Shown here piece after piece: positions 10,585 to 22,735 of a DNA stretch of 64,000 nucleotides (the first letter of the stretch is position 1; every line of letters starts with the position of its first letter). Below the pieces are notes generated by a model that had not been told where the DNA came from, ran no database searches, and saw only the letters and a program-made list of their open reading frames with translations. Where the stretch lies: the NCBI RefSeq assembly GCF_006345805.1, contig NC_043000.1:70618001-70682000 (forward strand). Reading direction: 5' to 3'. The position numbers and the translations under genes are program-made. Source of the stretch: Octopus sinensis (taxonomy: Eukaryota).

Positions 10585-13560
10585 AATCCAAAAGGGAAAC
10601 AAAAAAACAACAACAACAGGAACAATTACAGTATTATTATTAATAGGCGCTCAGGAGATGGAAGCAGGGAGGTATGACGTTTCGAGCGGAGCTCTTCGTC
10701 GGAAACATAAAGAAGGAAGAGAGAGGAAAGAAAGATCCCAGAGCGGGCAACAGGGAAAGAGAAAAAAGACGACTGGTGTTTACGAGTTGCACATGGTGAA
10801 AGGCGGATGTTGACGATAACAAGAGCAAAGTGGGTTTTTAAAGGCAAAAGAGTGGAGACAAGGTTGGTAACCCAACAGATGTGTGTGTATGTGTGAGTGT
10901 GTGCGTGTGCGTGTGTGTATGTGTGTGTGTGAGGCGAGATGAAAAAACAAAAAATATGTGTGTGTTAGTGTGTGCGTCTGTGTGTAGGCGTGTGAGGTAG
11001 GGCGAGACTAATGGTCAGCTAGCAGACAAGGTCAGTAGTAAGAAAAAGAAGGAAGGAGGAAGGGAGGTCAGTAGTAAGAAAAAGACGGAAGGAGGAAGGG
11101 AGGGAGGGGAAGGGGTGGGGGCGTATGTAGCGTGCCAGCGTGTGTTGAGTAGTAGTGTGTGTGTGTGTCCAGTGTCGTGGTGGTATTAATGGCGAGTAGA
11201 TTGAATGTAAGAGTGATGTATATATATAGGCAAGGTGTGTATATGTGTGCGCGTGTGTGTAACGAAAAAGGGGGGGGGGTTAAGGAAAAAGGACTCCAGC
11301 TGAGGGGAAGATGGAAGAGTGGTACCGCGGAGACAGGCGTGGGAAAACCCAACGACACGCGACGGTCCCAGGAACGGGCGGGAGGTCTCGTCAGGTCCAA
11401 GGGCGAGGTGTATGCGGCGCGTATGCAGCGCGAGCCGGCGCAAGTGCGTATGTGCGCATGCCTGCGAGTATGCGCGTAAGTATGTATGTGTGTGGATGTG
11501 TGAGTGTGTCTGTGTGTATGTCTGGGTGGCAGTGTGTCTGATGAATGTATGTGAGTATGTGTGTATGTATGTGTGTGCATAGATGTATGCCCGTGTGTGT
11601 GTGTGTGTGTGTATGTGTGTGAGTGTGTATGTATGTACGTGTGGGTGTGGGGAAGTGTGTGTATGTGCATGTGTGTGCGCGTACATACAGGTGTGTGAGT
11701 GAGTGTGTGTGTGTGTATGTATGTGTGAGTGTGTATGTATGTGTGTGTCGGATGCATGTATGTGTATGGGTGTATGTATGCGTGTGTGTATGTATGTATG
11801 TGTACGTGCGTGTGTGTGTGTGTATGCGTGTAGGTGTGCGCGTGTGCATGCATGCATGCATGCGCGTATGTGTGTGTGTGCATGTGTGTGGGTATATATG
11901 TATGTGCGTATATGTGTGTGTATGTGCGTACATGTGTGTGTGTGTGTATGCATGTGTGTGTATGTAGGTGTGTAGGCGTGTGTGTATAGGTGTATGTATG
12001 TAAGTATGTGTGGGTGTGTCCGTGTATGTGTGTGTATGTATGTGTGTGTATGTAGGTGTGTGGGCGTGTGTATATGTGTGTGTATGTAGGTGTGTGGGCG
12101 TGTGTATATAGGTGTATGTGTGTATGTCTGGGTGTGTCCGTGCATGTTTGTGTGTGTGTGTGTATGCATGTGTATGTGGGTGTGTGTGTACGTGTGTAAT
12201 GTATGTGTGTATGCGTGTGTATGCGTGCGTGTGTGTATGTAGGTGCGTGTGTATGTGTGTGGGAGTGTAGGTGTGTGTGTGCGTGTGCGTGTTTATGTTG
12301 GTGTGTGCGTATGTGAGTGTGAGTGTATGGGTGTTTGTCATGCATGTGTGTGCGCGTGCAGGTGAGTGTGTGTGTAAGTATGTGTGTGTGTATGTTTGTG
12401 TGAGTGTGTAAGTGTGTATGTCTTTGTGTATGTATGTGCGTATAGGAGTATGTGGGTATGTGTGTATGTATGTATATGGGTGTATGTATGTATGTGTGTG
12501 TGTGTGTGTGCATGTGTATAAGTATATGTGTGTGTGTGCGTATGTGTGTATATGTGTATGTGTGTGTGTTTATGTATGTGTGTATGTATGTGTGTAGGCG
12601 TGTGTGTGTAGATGTATGTATGTATGGGTGTGTGTCCGTGTGTGTTTGTGTGTGTGTGTAGGTAGATGTGTGTGTCTGAGTGAGGGTATGGCTGTGTAGG
12701 TGTGTGTGTGTATGAATGTAAGTGTGTGTGTATACAAGTGTAATGTATGTATGTAGGTGTGTGTGTGTGTGTATGTGTACGTGTGCGTGTGTATGTGTGT
12801 GTGTGTGTGCGTGTGAGTGTATGGGTGTATGTCTGTGTGTGTGTATGTCTGAAGTAGGTATGTATGTGTATGTATGTATGTGTGTGTGTGTGCAGGTATG
12901 TGTGTGTATGTGTGTGTGTGAGTAGGTGTGCGTGTATGTATGTGGGTAGGGATGCATGCGAGTGTGTGGGTATGTATGCATACATACGTACGCGCACATC
13001 CGAAGCAAGCCCACACGCACAAAGCGCGCTCACGCACACAACGCACAAGCAGTACAACGCAAGCCCAAGGGGCCGACCAAGCCCCCAGCGCGCGCCAAGG
13101 CGCGCGAGCGCAAACGCCCCGCTACGCGGGAACCGAGGATCCATCAGCCAAAACCGGAAAGCAGAAAAGAGGGGGGGCTGCCTGGATGCAAAAAGGTGTA
13201 TGTGTGTATGCATTCAGTGTAAGGGTGTGCATGTGTGGGCATGTATGTATGTATGTGCCTACATGTATGTTTGCATGTGTGTGTGTGAAGTATGTACGTG
13301 CGGTGTGTGTGTGTGTGAGTGTGTGTGTATGTATGTGCGTATGTATGTGTGTGTGTATGTGTGTATGTATGTCTGTGTGTGTGTGTGTGTGTGTGTAAGT
13401 ATGTATGTGTGTGCGTATGTATGTATGTGTGTGTGTATGTGCATGTTGGTTTGTATGTTAGTGTGTGCTAGTATGTCTGTAAGTGTGTGTGATTAAATGT
13501 GTGAATGTATGTACGTAGATGGGTCTACGTATGTGTGTGTGTGAACAGGCGTGTGGGAGG
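10580..13560 (-). mobile_element. Composite microsatellite-rich repeat with Penelope-like terminus, copy 2
   Basis: Same module order as 3411-6030. Cores at about 11260-11450 and 12995-13195 share CCGCGG(G/A)GACAGGCGT, CGAAGCAAGCCCACAC, GGGGCCGACC and GAACCGA(A/G)GATCCATCA. Confidence 0.65.
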
Positions 13561-13631
13561 TATATATATATATATGTAGGTATCGGTTATCATTTGAATT
13601 ATCCGTAATAAGATAATTCATTTATCTACTT

Positions 13632-13711
<80 letters not shown>

Positions 13712-13712
<1 letters not shown>

Positions 13713-14539
13713 GTCTTATCAATAAGTATCTAGATTGTTACAATAGTAATGACGCAAAAGTATGCAAACAGCAGCCGCTTGTCACTGACTGACCTTGCAC
13801 TTTGCTGTGTATGTGCACGATGTGTACAGCAGTACTCGAAAGGAACGTGTGTAGCGTGTGATCATCGCACAGACCATGACTGAGAAAGTTGAGCAGAGAA
13901 TGTGCATCAAATTTTGCCAAAAGTTTGGTGATACCTGCTCAGAGGCATATACAAAATTTTCAAAAAGTTTTCATTGTTCTTGACACAATCAAGGAGATCT
14001 TGTACAACTGAAACCCCGAGTGTCTTTTTGGTTAGCTGAAAGCAGTTTTGGCACAAACTTGGCAGACACACATCTCATACCCAATCTTCAGTGATAATGA
14101 ACTGAACTGAATCATAACTAATCTGCACATCCTCTGATAAGTCATGGATGGTGGTTCAACAATTTTCCCTCACAGCTACATGCACTTCCACAATGTTTTT
14201 CTCAATTCTGCTGATTGCAGGTCTCCCAGAACGTTCATCACTACTAACGTTTTTGAAATATCTGAACTACTCGTACACTTGTGTGTGCTCATACACTTTC
14301 TACATTGTGTAGGCCTCTGAGTAGGTATCACCCTAACAACTTTCTCTGTCATGATCAATGGGATGATCACACATGTTCATTCCAAGCAGTACTGTAAACA
14401 GCAGAAGTGAGCTAGAACATTAAAACTTAGTGCACATGCACAGCAGCATTCAAGGTCAATCTGTGCCAAGCAGCTTCACTCTGCATGCTTTAGCTTTGTT
14501 ACTATGGCAATAGTCTGGATACTTATTGATCAAACCTCG
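13712..14539. mobile_element. Fold-back mariner-derived element
   Basis: Inverted TIRs (ATCAATAAGTATC(T/C)AGA...; right end CAAACCTCG|TA). Transposase starts MTEKV on both strands (13876 plus, 14352 minus). The minus arm includes ERSGRP-like and GMRCVSAKFVPKLL motifs. Confidence 0.75.
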
Positions 14540-14759
14540 TATATATGTACACACACACACATAAGTGCAACCAATCAAATCCTCTACTGGTATAGTAACA
14601 TGTCCCAACTTAAAAAGATCTATAAAACTATACAAGCATGCAAATAGAACATACACGCAAAATATAGATATATTATTCTTCAAAAGATACACTAGCCTAT
14701 CTATATAGTTTTAATCTATGGCTTCAAAAGAATGAACCAACACACTTTCAAGTACCAAG

Positions 14760-16015
14760 TTTCATCATCATTCAATAAGAGGACTGTGTTGTGCTTTAGT
14801 GACTGCTTTAGTATGGTTTTTCTGGCTGGGGGCCCTTCCTAACACTAACCACTTTACAGAGAGTGCCAGATATTTTTCTCATGACACCAATACTAGTGAG
14901 ATTGCCAAGTAATTAGTAAGACAAAGAAATGATTCTTGACTGTGTGGGGTTGTAGTAAATAGGGAGGTGGTTTTATGTCAGGGGTTAAGAGGCTAAATTA
15001 TGATGAAGGGACAGGCCCAGGTGTCATGTTATAGAGAAGATACATGGGTACCCAAAATTATATAAGGGTGAAGATGATGTGATAGAGGGTACCTTCAAGG
15101 TACAAGAAGGGTATAAGGGAGAATCAGGAAGGGTGAGAAGATAAGTTCATTAGAGTGAAAGAGGAGAGTGATAGATAGTTACAGATGAAGATAGAAGTGA
15201 ACTTAGAATAGAGATGTGGTTGCAGGTAAATGTCAGTGTGGTAATGAAAGAACAGGAGTGACTCAGGAAGGAGATGTTAAGTAGTGTAGAGGAAGGGAGG
15301 AGAGCAGCAGTATAACCAATATGTAAATGGATCAGAAAATATGTAGGAGAAGGAGAGGCACAGTGACAGAGATAGATGCCAGGAGTATGTAGGGGCATGT
15401 GGCTATAGTGTGTAGGGAACAAAAATGGTGGAGAGGCCATTGATGGCAGATGTGCAAGGGTGATGAGAATGATAGCAGATAGGAGAGGGTGTTGGAGAGG
15501 CAATGGCAGTCCTAAGATGTATTTCAGGAAAGCACAGAAAGAGATGATCAGTGGAAAATAAAGTAGGAAAGGATGATATTGAGAATGAGGGATGAATTTT
15601 AAAAGGAAATGATTCTTGGGAGAGGCAAGGTAACTAGTTTAGAGGATGAAATATATGCATATTCTGCTCCCATATGATTATAGCAGCTGGATATGGTTAG
15701 GTGGGTGTTCAGAAGGTGAGAAGTGGGGAAGGCATGATGGGGACAGACTGGGTGCAAGGGCAGGACCCAGCGAGTGTACTGGTATAAACAATGTTTTTAG
15801 GACCTCATTTTCATCAATTTGAACACAGCAAATTGTTAGTCATCTTGGTCCTTTTTCATCTATTCCATGAGGATCAACATCTTCAGATTAGCCTTCACCA
15901 CATCATTCTGTATCTTCCCAAAAACTCATTCTTCCATAAGTTCCATCAACATTTAGTGATCAGCACCTCTTTTATAACAGTCCTCATCAATATGTTTCAT
16001 CAGCCATACCATCAG
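14760..16015 (-). mobile_element. RTE LINE 3' end (ORF end, pyrimidine-rich UTR, (GAT)n tail)
   Basis: Minus strand: QERRL-like start at about 16015, then DEDCYKRC...DVVKANLKML...DQDD, a CT-rich UTR, the conserved tail and TCATCATCA on the plus strand at 14762. Confidence 0.7.
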
Positions 16016-16029
16016 TCTTCTCTCTTGAA

Positions 16030-16725
16030 TTTACAGTGCAGGTTGGGGGCCACAAGGACTCAGTACTCAGTCCCCATCTACTAATCATAGTCCTCCATGC
16101 CATAACGAAGAATTTTAAGAGTGAATGCTCATGGGAATTTGTATTTGTTAATGACATTGTCCTTGTTGCTGAATCAGTAGTAGAATTAGTGAAGAAGTTT
16201 CAGGACAGAAGCAAAACATGGAATCAAAAGGTCTTAAAGTTAACTGAGCAAAGATTGAAGTTTTAGTAAGTAGGAATACAGGCTGGATCATGCTACTATC
16301 AGGGAAATGGCCTTGCTTACTATATAGAAAAGGAGTAGGTAAAAATTCCATATTTTGTACCCAATGCAGACTACTGACTCACAAGAGACACAGGTTAACT
16401 GAGAAAACAGATTCTATATGTGACAGATGGACTGGAGTAATAAACACTAAGAGCACACATAAAATAGATGCTCTCAAATGCCCAAAAGGACTCCTAGAGG
16501 TAATAGACTGTTTCTGTTACCTAGGTAATCTAATTAAGAATAGTGGAAGCTGTTCTGAAATTAAGCCAGAGAAATGGGTTAGGGAAAGTTCAGAGAGCTG
16601 TTACCTCAGTTGATAAGAAAAGGTTATTACCACTTCTAATAACAAAAAGATTCTGACTGGAAGTGAAAGGTAGACTGCATGATGCTGATGTATGACTGTT
16701 ATGCTTCAGTGAGATATGAGCCCTA
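16030..16725 (+). mobile_element. RTE LINE RT fragment with degenerate PHD insert, copy 2
   Basis: ORFs 16036-16266 (SVLSPHLLIIVLHAIT..FKSECSWEFVFVNDIVL) and 16290-16613 (GKWPC..RKGVGKNSIFCTQC..THKR...LEVIDCFCYLG). Confidence 0.8.
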
Positions 16726-18971
16726 AATACAAACAACCACTCAGACAATTGCATCCCTCTCCTGAGCCACTTCCTATTGACACTCATTTCCATTTCTTAC
16801 CACTGGCACACCTTCCTACTCATATTTACAACTGACCACTCTTGTAACTTTTAACCAAACCCTTCATCTCTTCAATGCTCATCTCTCCATCATTCTCATA
16901 TCTATTGTATGATATTGCTGCAGTAAGTAATAAAAGCAAAACCTGCCTCTACTTCACTATATCATATCAACATTTCTGTACTGTTAGTCACTACTCCCTC
17001 TTCTTTGAGGTGAACTTCAAGTGTCTGTTCAAGCTACTCACAATTCACATCTTTCTCTTATTCTTATCATCATTCCTCAACCCATATTTACCATCAACCA
17101 CTCCCACTCTTGTTTCACTACACTTTTCCCCATTATACTTGAGACACTATACTTCCATTCATCCCCCACTCCTGTTCACCATTCACTACATTCATCCCCT
17201 ATATATATCTGGACACCTCCATCTCATGAGTCTATTCAACCCTCACTCTACCCCCACATGTATACAACCTTACCCATTCCTCCTGACTCTTCAGTCTCTA
17301 CACTCTCTCCTATTCACCATTTAGAACATGTTACATTGAGGGTATGTTCTGGAATTTCATCTCCATCATATTTACCTCTATTTAAGGCAACACTCCAGTC
17401 ACCCATCCACAAAAATGCAAAATGGCTATAAATCTCCTCCACAACAATAAAGTGATCACCTTATCTCTTATTTTTTTCCCTCTGAATCAAAGGGGGCTCA
17501 TTTGTCTTGCAAGTTACAAGGAAGCCTCTCTAGTGATAGTATCATAAAAAAGTACCCAGTACACTCTGTAAAGTTGTTGATATTAGGAAGGACATTCATA
17601 GCAAAACAGAGATAGTAGAGTAAGAAGCCTATGCAGATGTAAAAATGATTATATGTACAATACTGTACTACAGAATATATCTATAGATTTTAGCCAACAC
17701 TAAGTAAAACAGGAAACACACAGATATAAACACTTTGTCTTGTGCACTCTTAAGCAAAAAAAAAATATTTTTGCTCAAAAGTGCACAAAAAGTATTCTAG
17801 GCAGCTAGTTATATGAATTACAGGTGAAGTAATTGTGTTTTGTTTCAATGCAGCAATGATGTTGTAGTACAGAATACATCTATTGATTCTAACCAACACT
17901 GTACATAATAGAATAATGTGTGCATGCACGTGAGTGTGTGTGTGTGCATGCATAGGGGGTGCATGCACACACATACACACACCCACAATACCTTTATGGA
18001 CAGAAAAAGAGGGATTGGTTGAACTAGTTGCAATGCTTCACTGGGATTTCATTAGTGAGTGAGTACTCTCATTAACTATCATAACAGTGCTTGGTTTCAA
18101 TGTCACTATATGTACAAATACTGTTGTAATCATATGGTTTATTTCTTGAAGTCAAAATTTTGGTCACACTTTTGTGATCTGGTCACAGACAGGTCTGCTG
18201 CAATAAATGAAAATTAGTTGCTGGTGAGCTTTTATAAGCTTCTGCATTTTCTAATCTTGTCCCCTCACCAATTTTTGTTGAACTTCCAAGCCTAGCAATC
18301 TACTCTGTATATGTTAGATCTTTTGACAATAAATACACATTAGATTCATTATATCAGATACTTAAAACAGGAGAAGAAAAGCAGAAAAATAAAAACCTCT
18401 TTAGACCTACAAAACAGTAGTTGTATTTGAATTGTGTTAATGATCATATATACATATATAAGACGCAAATTCTGACACCTCAAAATGATTAAAATGGAGG
18501 TCCCACAATATAACTGCTTCAGTTTCAACACACAGTTTGAGATTAAGTCACTTGGCAAACAAGTGGAACACAGAAATATAAATTTTCTAGCACCAATTTT
18601 TCACATATATGATATGTTTTGGAAAATATTCATAATTACATAGCACAGACAGACACTTACATTCTCTGGTTAATTAATGTTTCATGTAAAGATTATCAAT
18701 GTCATTAAAACAATGCAACTGCACACCTGGGCAAAACAAAAAACAAATTAAGATAAAATGTTTAATCTTTGTCAAGTTGGAGACATTTTCAAGTTGCAAA
18801 TCTTCATTTTTCTACAAAGTATATTGCTGCCAGCAAAAAGTAGGTAATGATTAACAAAATTATTTTAGTAGGATATATACACATAAGATAGTCATAAATG
18901 TAATTAAACATGCATAAATACCATGTCAAAATGAAATAGTAGTTTGTTTCAAAACTACAAGTAATACTTAC

Positions 18972-19066
18972 ATCTTTCCTTTGAGTCCATGACTTCAAAT
19001 GCTGAGCCAAAGACTTAGCTCCAGCTATAACATAGTTTGAGGCCTTTCTCCTATCTTCTTCACAAT
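18972..19066 (-). CDS. KDM7A: KDM7/PHF8-family demethylase, last recognisable coding exon
   Basis: ttgcag|ATTGT...AAAGAT|gtaagt; encodes (D)CEEDRRKASNYVIAGAKSLAQHLKSWTQRKD. Phase matches the previous exon; resembles the post-JmjC helical region of PHF8/KDM7A as I recall it. Confidence 0.88.
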
Positions 19067-19288
19067 CTGCAAAGATATAAAAGTTAATTCAGAGGTTGCT
19101 ACTTCATTCATTAACACCACCACCATCACTTCCAATAATATGGCCACAAGTAGAATACTTCTCATAAATCTGAATTAGAATTGAGCAAAGACAATATTTC
19201 TCTGTTCTCCATACTGTCATGGTCAAGACAAAAGTAAAGTATAGCATCTTAGTATATCTCTGATTCATATGTGAACTGCTATGCAAAG

Positions 19289-19319
<31 letters not shown>

Positions 19320-19819
19320 TTTCTCTCACTCACTCACACATACACACACACAAGAGCACTTTCTCCTGAGCATCATATGCCCTTCACTCAGAAGCAGAAA
19401 CCTTGAGTGGCCAACAAAGGTAACAGCTACCAAATGTTTATCCACTCCATTCTTCTTCTACTAGCTTTGTTTTTGGGACAGTCAACACCACTAACAAGTC
19501 ACTAAGGTAACAACAAAAGCTAACAGAGAAAAATGCCAAATTGCTGAAAAAAAGAATCAAAGGGAGAGGCAGAAAAACACTTTGCACATGTTATATGTTT
19601 TGCAATATGAAGATCAGACATGTAAGGTGTTTTGCATTGGTAGACAGTGAACTAGAAAAAATTGAGATGTTATTGGGGAGAAGTATATACAGACTAATAA
19701 TGGCACACTTGCTCTCACTGACACTGATAAGAAAGAGACAAGAAAGTGCTATTGTGAGAGGCTGCAAAATGTAGAGAAGGAAAGGGAGAGAGAAAACCTA
19801 CTCCATATAGACCTAACAG

Positions 19820-19965
19820 TGGGACCAGCCACCCAAGTTGACAGTAGTATAGTTGATAGAGCAATAAAAGATATGAGAGTAAGGAAAGCAGATGGGTCAA
19901 GGAGAGTCATTGAGACACTAAAAAATATTTGGTAAAGTAGGGTACAGGATAGTCAGGCAAATAGT
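19820..19965 (+). mobile_element. RTE LINE fragment (RT N-terminal region)
   Basis: Degenerate translation VDSSIVDRAIKDMRVRKADG...KVGYRIVRQIVN. Confidence 0.55.
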
Positions 19966-20059
19966 AAATCACCATGTTTAACACTAATCTTGACCTTAAT
20001 TGGCTTAGTAAGGATACTACTAACATTTACCCAGGCTTCCATATCATCATTTATATCAA

Positions 20060-20290
20060 CAAAGTGATCTGAGCAACCCAACTTGATCAGTATTCTCCAC
20101 CGTTTCAAAAGGCTTTGTCAAGTCCACAAAAGCTTGGTACAAGTTTTGGTGCTGTGTGCAACATTTTTCTTTGACTTGATGGACCATAATGATTATGTCA
20201 ACTGTGCCTTTATAGGGTCGGAAACCACATTGTGATTCTGGCAACATCAAGTTTGTTATATTGCTCTATCTTGGTAGGATGGCTAAGGCC
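20060..20290 (-). mobile_element. RTE (BovB-like) RT fragment
   Basis: LPESQCGFRPYKGTVDII...QEKC-like...LYQAFVDLTKPFETV (RT subdomains 2-3). Confidence 0.7.
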
Positions 20291-20399
20291 AGTATCTTTC
20301 CTGTTGCACAGTGCTATTCATCTGTAGCATAGGTTCTCAAAGTGGCAAATAAAAGAATACAAAAAAACTTAGAAGTTTCCTTCCCAACCATCTACTTTA

Positions 20400-20520
20400 A
20401 GGTTCAATCCCACCATGTGGCATATTGGGCGTCTTCTACTGTAGCCAACTAAAACTTTGTAAGTAGATTTGGTAGATGGAAACTGAAAGAAGCACATCAT
20501 ATGTATGTATGTCTATATGT
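20400..20520 (+). mobile_element. tRNA-derived SINE fragment
   Basis: GGTTCAATCCC B-box and GATTTGGTAGATGGAAACTGAAAGAAGC, shared with 1705-2100. Confidence 0.7.
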
Positions 20521-20569
20521 GCTTGTGCTTGTATAAAATGTAATAAAGGAAAAATGAAATATATTTTAC

Positions 20570-20676
20570 CTTTAAGAATATCCAATACATATTTTGCTGC
20601 ATACCAACAAATAGTTTCAAAACTAGGAAACAAGTATTTTTCAGGTGTTTTTACATGTCTTTCAATCTCATAGACC
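20570..20676 (-). CDS. KDM7A: KDM7/PHF8-family demethylase coding exon
   Basis: cccag|G...AAAG|gtaaaa; encodes (K)VYEIERHVKTPEKYLFPSFETICWYAAKYVLDILK; 107 nt, phases consistent. Confidence 0.93.
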
Positions 20677-22483
20677 CTGGGTAAGAAAAACAGAAATAGG
20701 AAGTAGAATTTTTTTTTTTTTCTAAAATAGTTGGTACTGAAAGAAACAATAGAAAATATATAACTAAAATTTCAACTTCTCTTTCAGAAAACCCTTTAGT
20801 TACATAGCTTTCAATAGCTTTCAACTTTCAAGATTTTTCCCAATTTCTAATATTAATAATGAAGTACTTTTACTGAAAATGGTTACACTACATTTTATAA
20901 CTTCTCAGGATGTTGTTTTACTTGCAAAGTCTAAGGCTTGAGATCTATTAAACAGCCACTTGATCAGTTTACAATAGATAGTAATGCCTTGGACAAGACA
21001 CATGAACTGGTAGCATACCAGAAAAAATTGACTCATCACTGGAGTTCTGAACTAAATAGAGAATGATGGATTACTTTAGAGCTTAGAGTTTATAGAGCTG
21101 ACATTGAAACCTATTACACAAGAATGAATGATAAACTGCACTGAGACATATATTACTAAACATAGTAATATTCTCAAATCTCCATTATTCAAAATCATAT
21201 TTCAAATCAAATATCAGATTTTAGTTTTTAAAAATCTCAAGTGAAGAATTTGTGATATTAAGACAAATTATGCTGAGAATTAGAAATATAATAATCTTTG
21301 GACAATGACAACAAAAAATATTCCATTCCATTACTTGCATTATATCAGAGACTTTGTAAATAGACGTTAGTGTACATATATGTTATAAATTACAACAGTA
21401 GCTAAAATAAATGTCAAAGGTCTTGGGGGTGAAATACATGTCACGGCTTAAATAAACCAACCTCCAACCCCATAATCCAATTTATCGATCAAGGTCCATC
21501 TATTATTCACAGCTCTCCTGGTAAATATGAATCCTCTTTCCCTCTGTTATAGAAACAACTATATTCCCAGCAACCCCAACTAACTCAGCAAGTTAAGAAA
21601 AGTAGCAGTAACAACATTATGCTTGGTCATTTTAGACTATCATCAAAATATCTGCAAACACAGTGAAGATATCTAATATGAAACACCAGCTGCCTTTTAC
21701 CCACACCTGTGACTATCTCCATCCCAAATCAAGGAGCCTTAAAACTATTACCAAGAGTCCTGTTAGTAGCTATATTCCCTTCTCCTAAAACATAGAGATG
21801 AGGCTTCTCAGTTTTAGAAGGTACTCCTGCCTAAGAAAAAAGTACTCTGAACAAACTTGACAGGACTGGGCATCCACTTATGAAAGTTCTCCCCTTTTCT
21901 GTCTTAATAAATGATATGTAAGACCATAACAAACAGCAAGATGCTGTAAGATCCATCCAACACATGCCAGCATGCAAAAAATTGATGTTAAATGATTGAT
22001 AACATTGATGTTTTGAGGATAACCCAGTCAAATCTACATCTGCATTTCATTACCCATGAAGGTGACTGAACGAAGCATTTAATCAACATTTTAATCACAA
22101 CCCTTCCCATATTTACTGTCAGACATACTTTTCAAAAATTTAGTAATTAAAATATGCAGCCCCCATTTTAAAGTTGAGCAAGAGTTTGTAAAATTTGAAG
22201 TTGATAAAGGTTTTGACACTTTTCAAATAAAATACACTCCATGATTCTGTATATTTCTAGTAAAATCAATTTAGATATAAACATATAGAAAGTGGGATTT
22301 AAGTGTAAGTAACTGATTAAAAACTGCTCAGTAGAAAAATATATAACCATTCTGTCACATCTTCATCTGATTAGTCAAGCACCTTAAAATCATAATGTTT
22401 AAATTCTACTTAAAAATGAAACAATTCTGAGTTTAAAACCTTTATTTTTCAATATCAAGAAAATGTACAATGAAACCCACTTA

Positions 22484-22735
<252 letters not shown>

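Noticed and set aside
11098-11121. G-quadruplex motif GGGAGGGAGGGGAAGGGGTGGGGG
   Set aside because: A real motif, but within a purine-rich repeat segment with a local tandem duplication; no evidence of function.
11068-13020. 650-aa His/Thr/Tyr-rich ORF (and similar ORFs at 4127-5688, 11186-13496)
   Set aside because: Translation of (CA)/(TACA) microsatellite, which lacks stop codons; overlapping ORFs are open in several frames on both strands.
17330-17390. Minus-strand DEIPEH peptide as the missing KDM7 exon
   Set aside because: No upstream polypyrimidine acceptor and the following residues do not match the expected helix.
20960-21042. Intronic C/D snoRNA candidate on the minus strand (GTGATGA ... 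CTGA, about 75 nt apart)
   Set aside because: No terminal stem and no recognisable rRNA/snRNA antisense element; such boxes arise by chance in AT-rich DNA.
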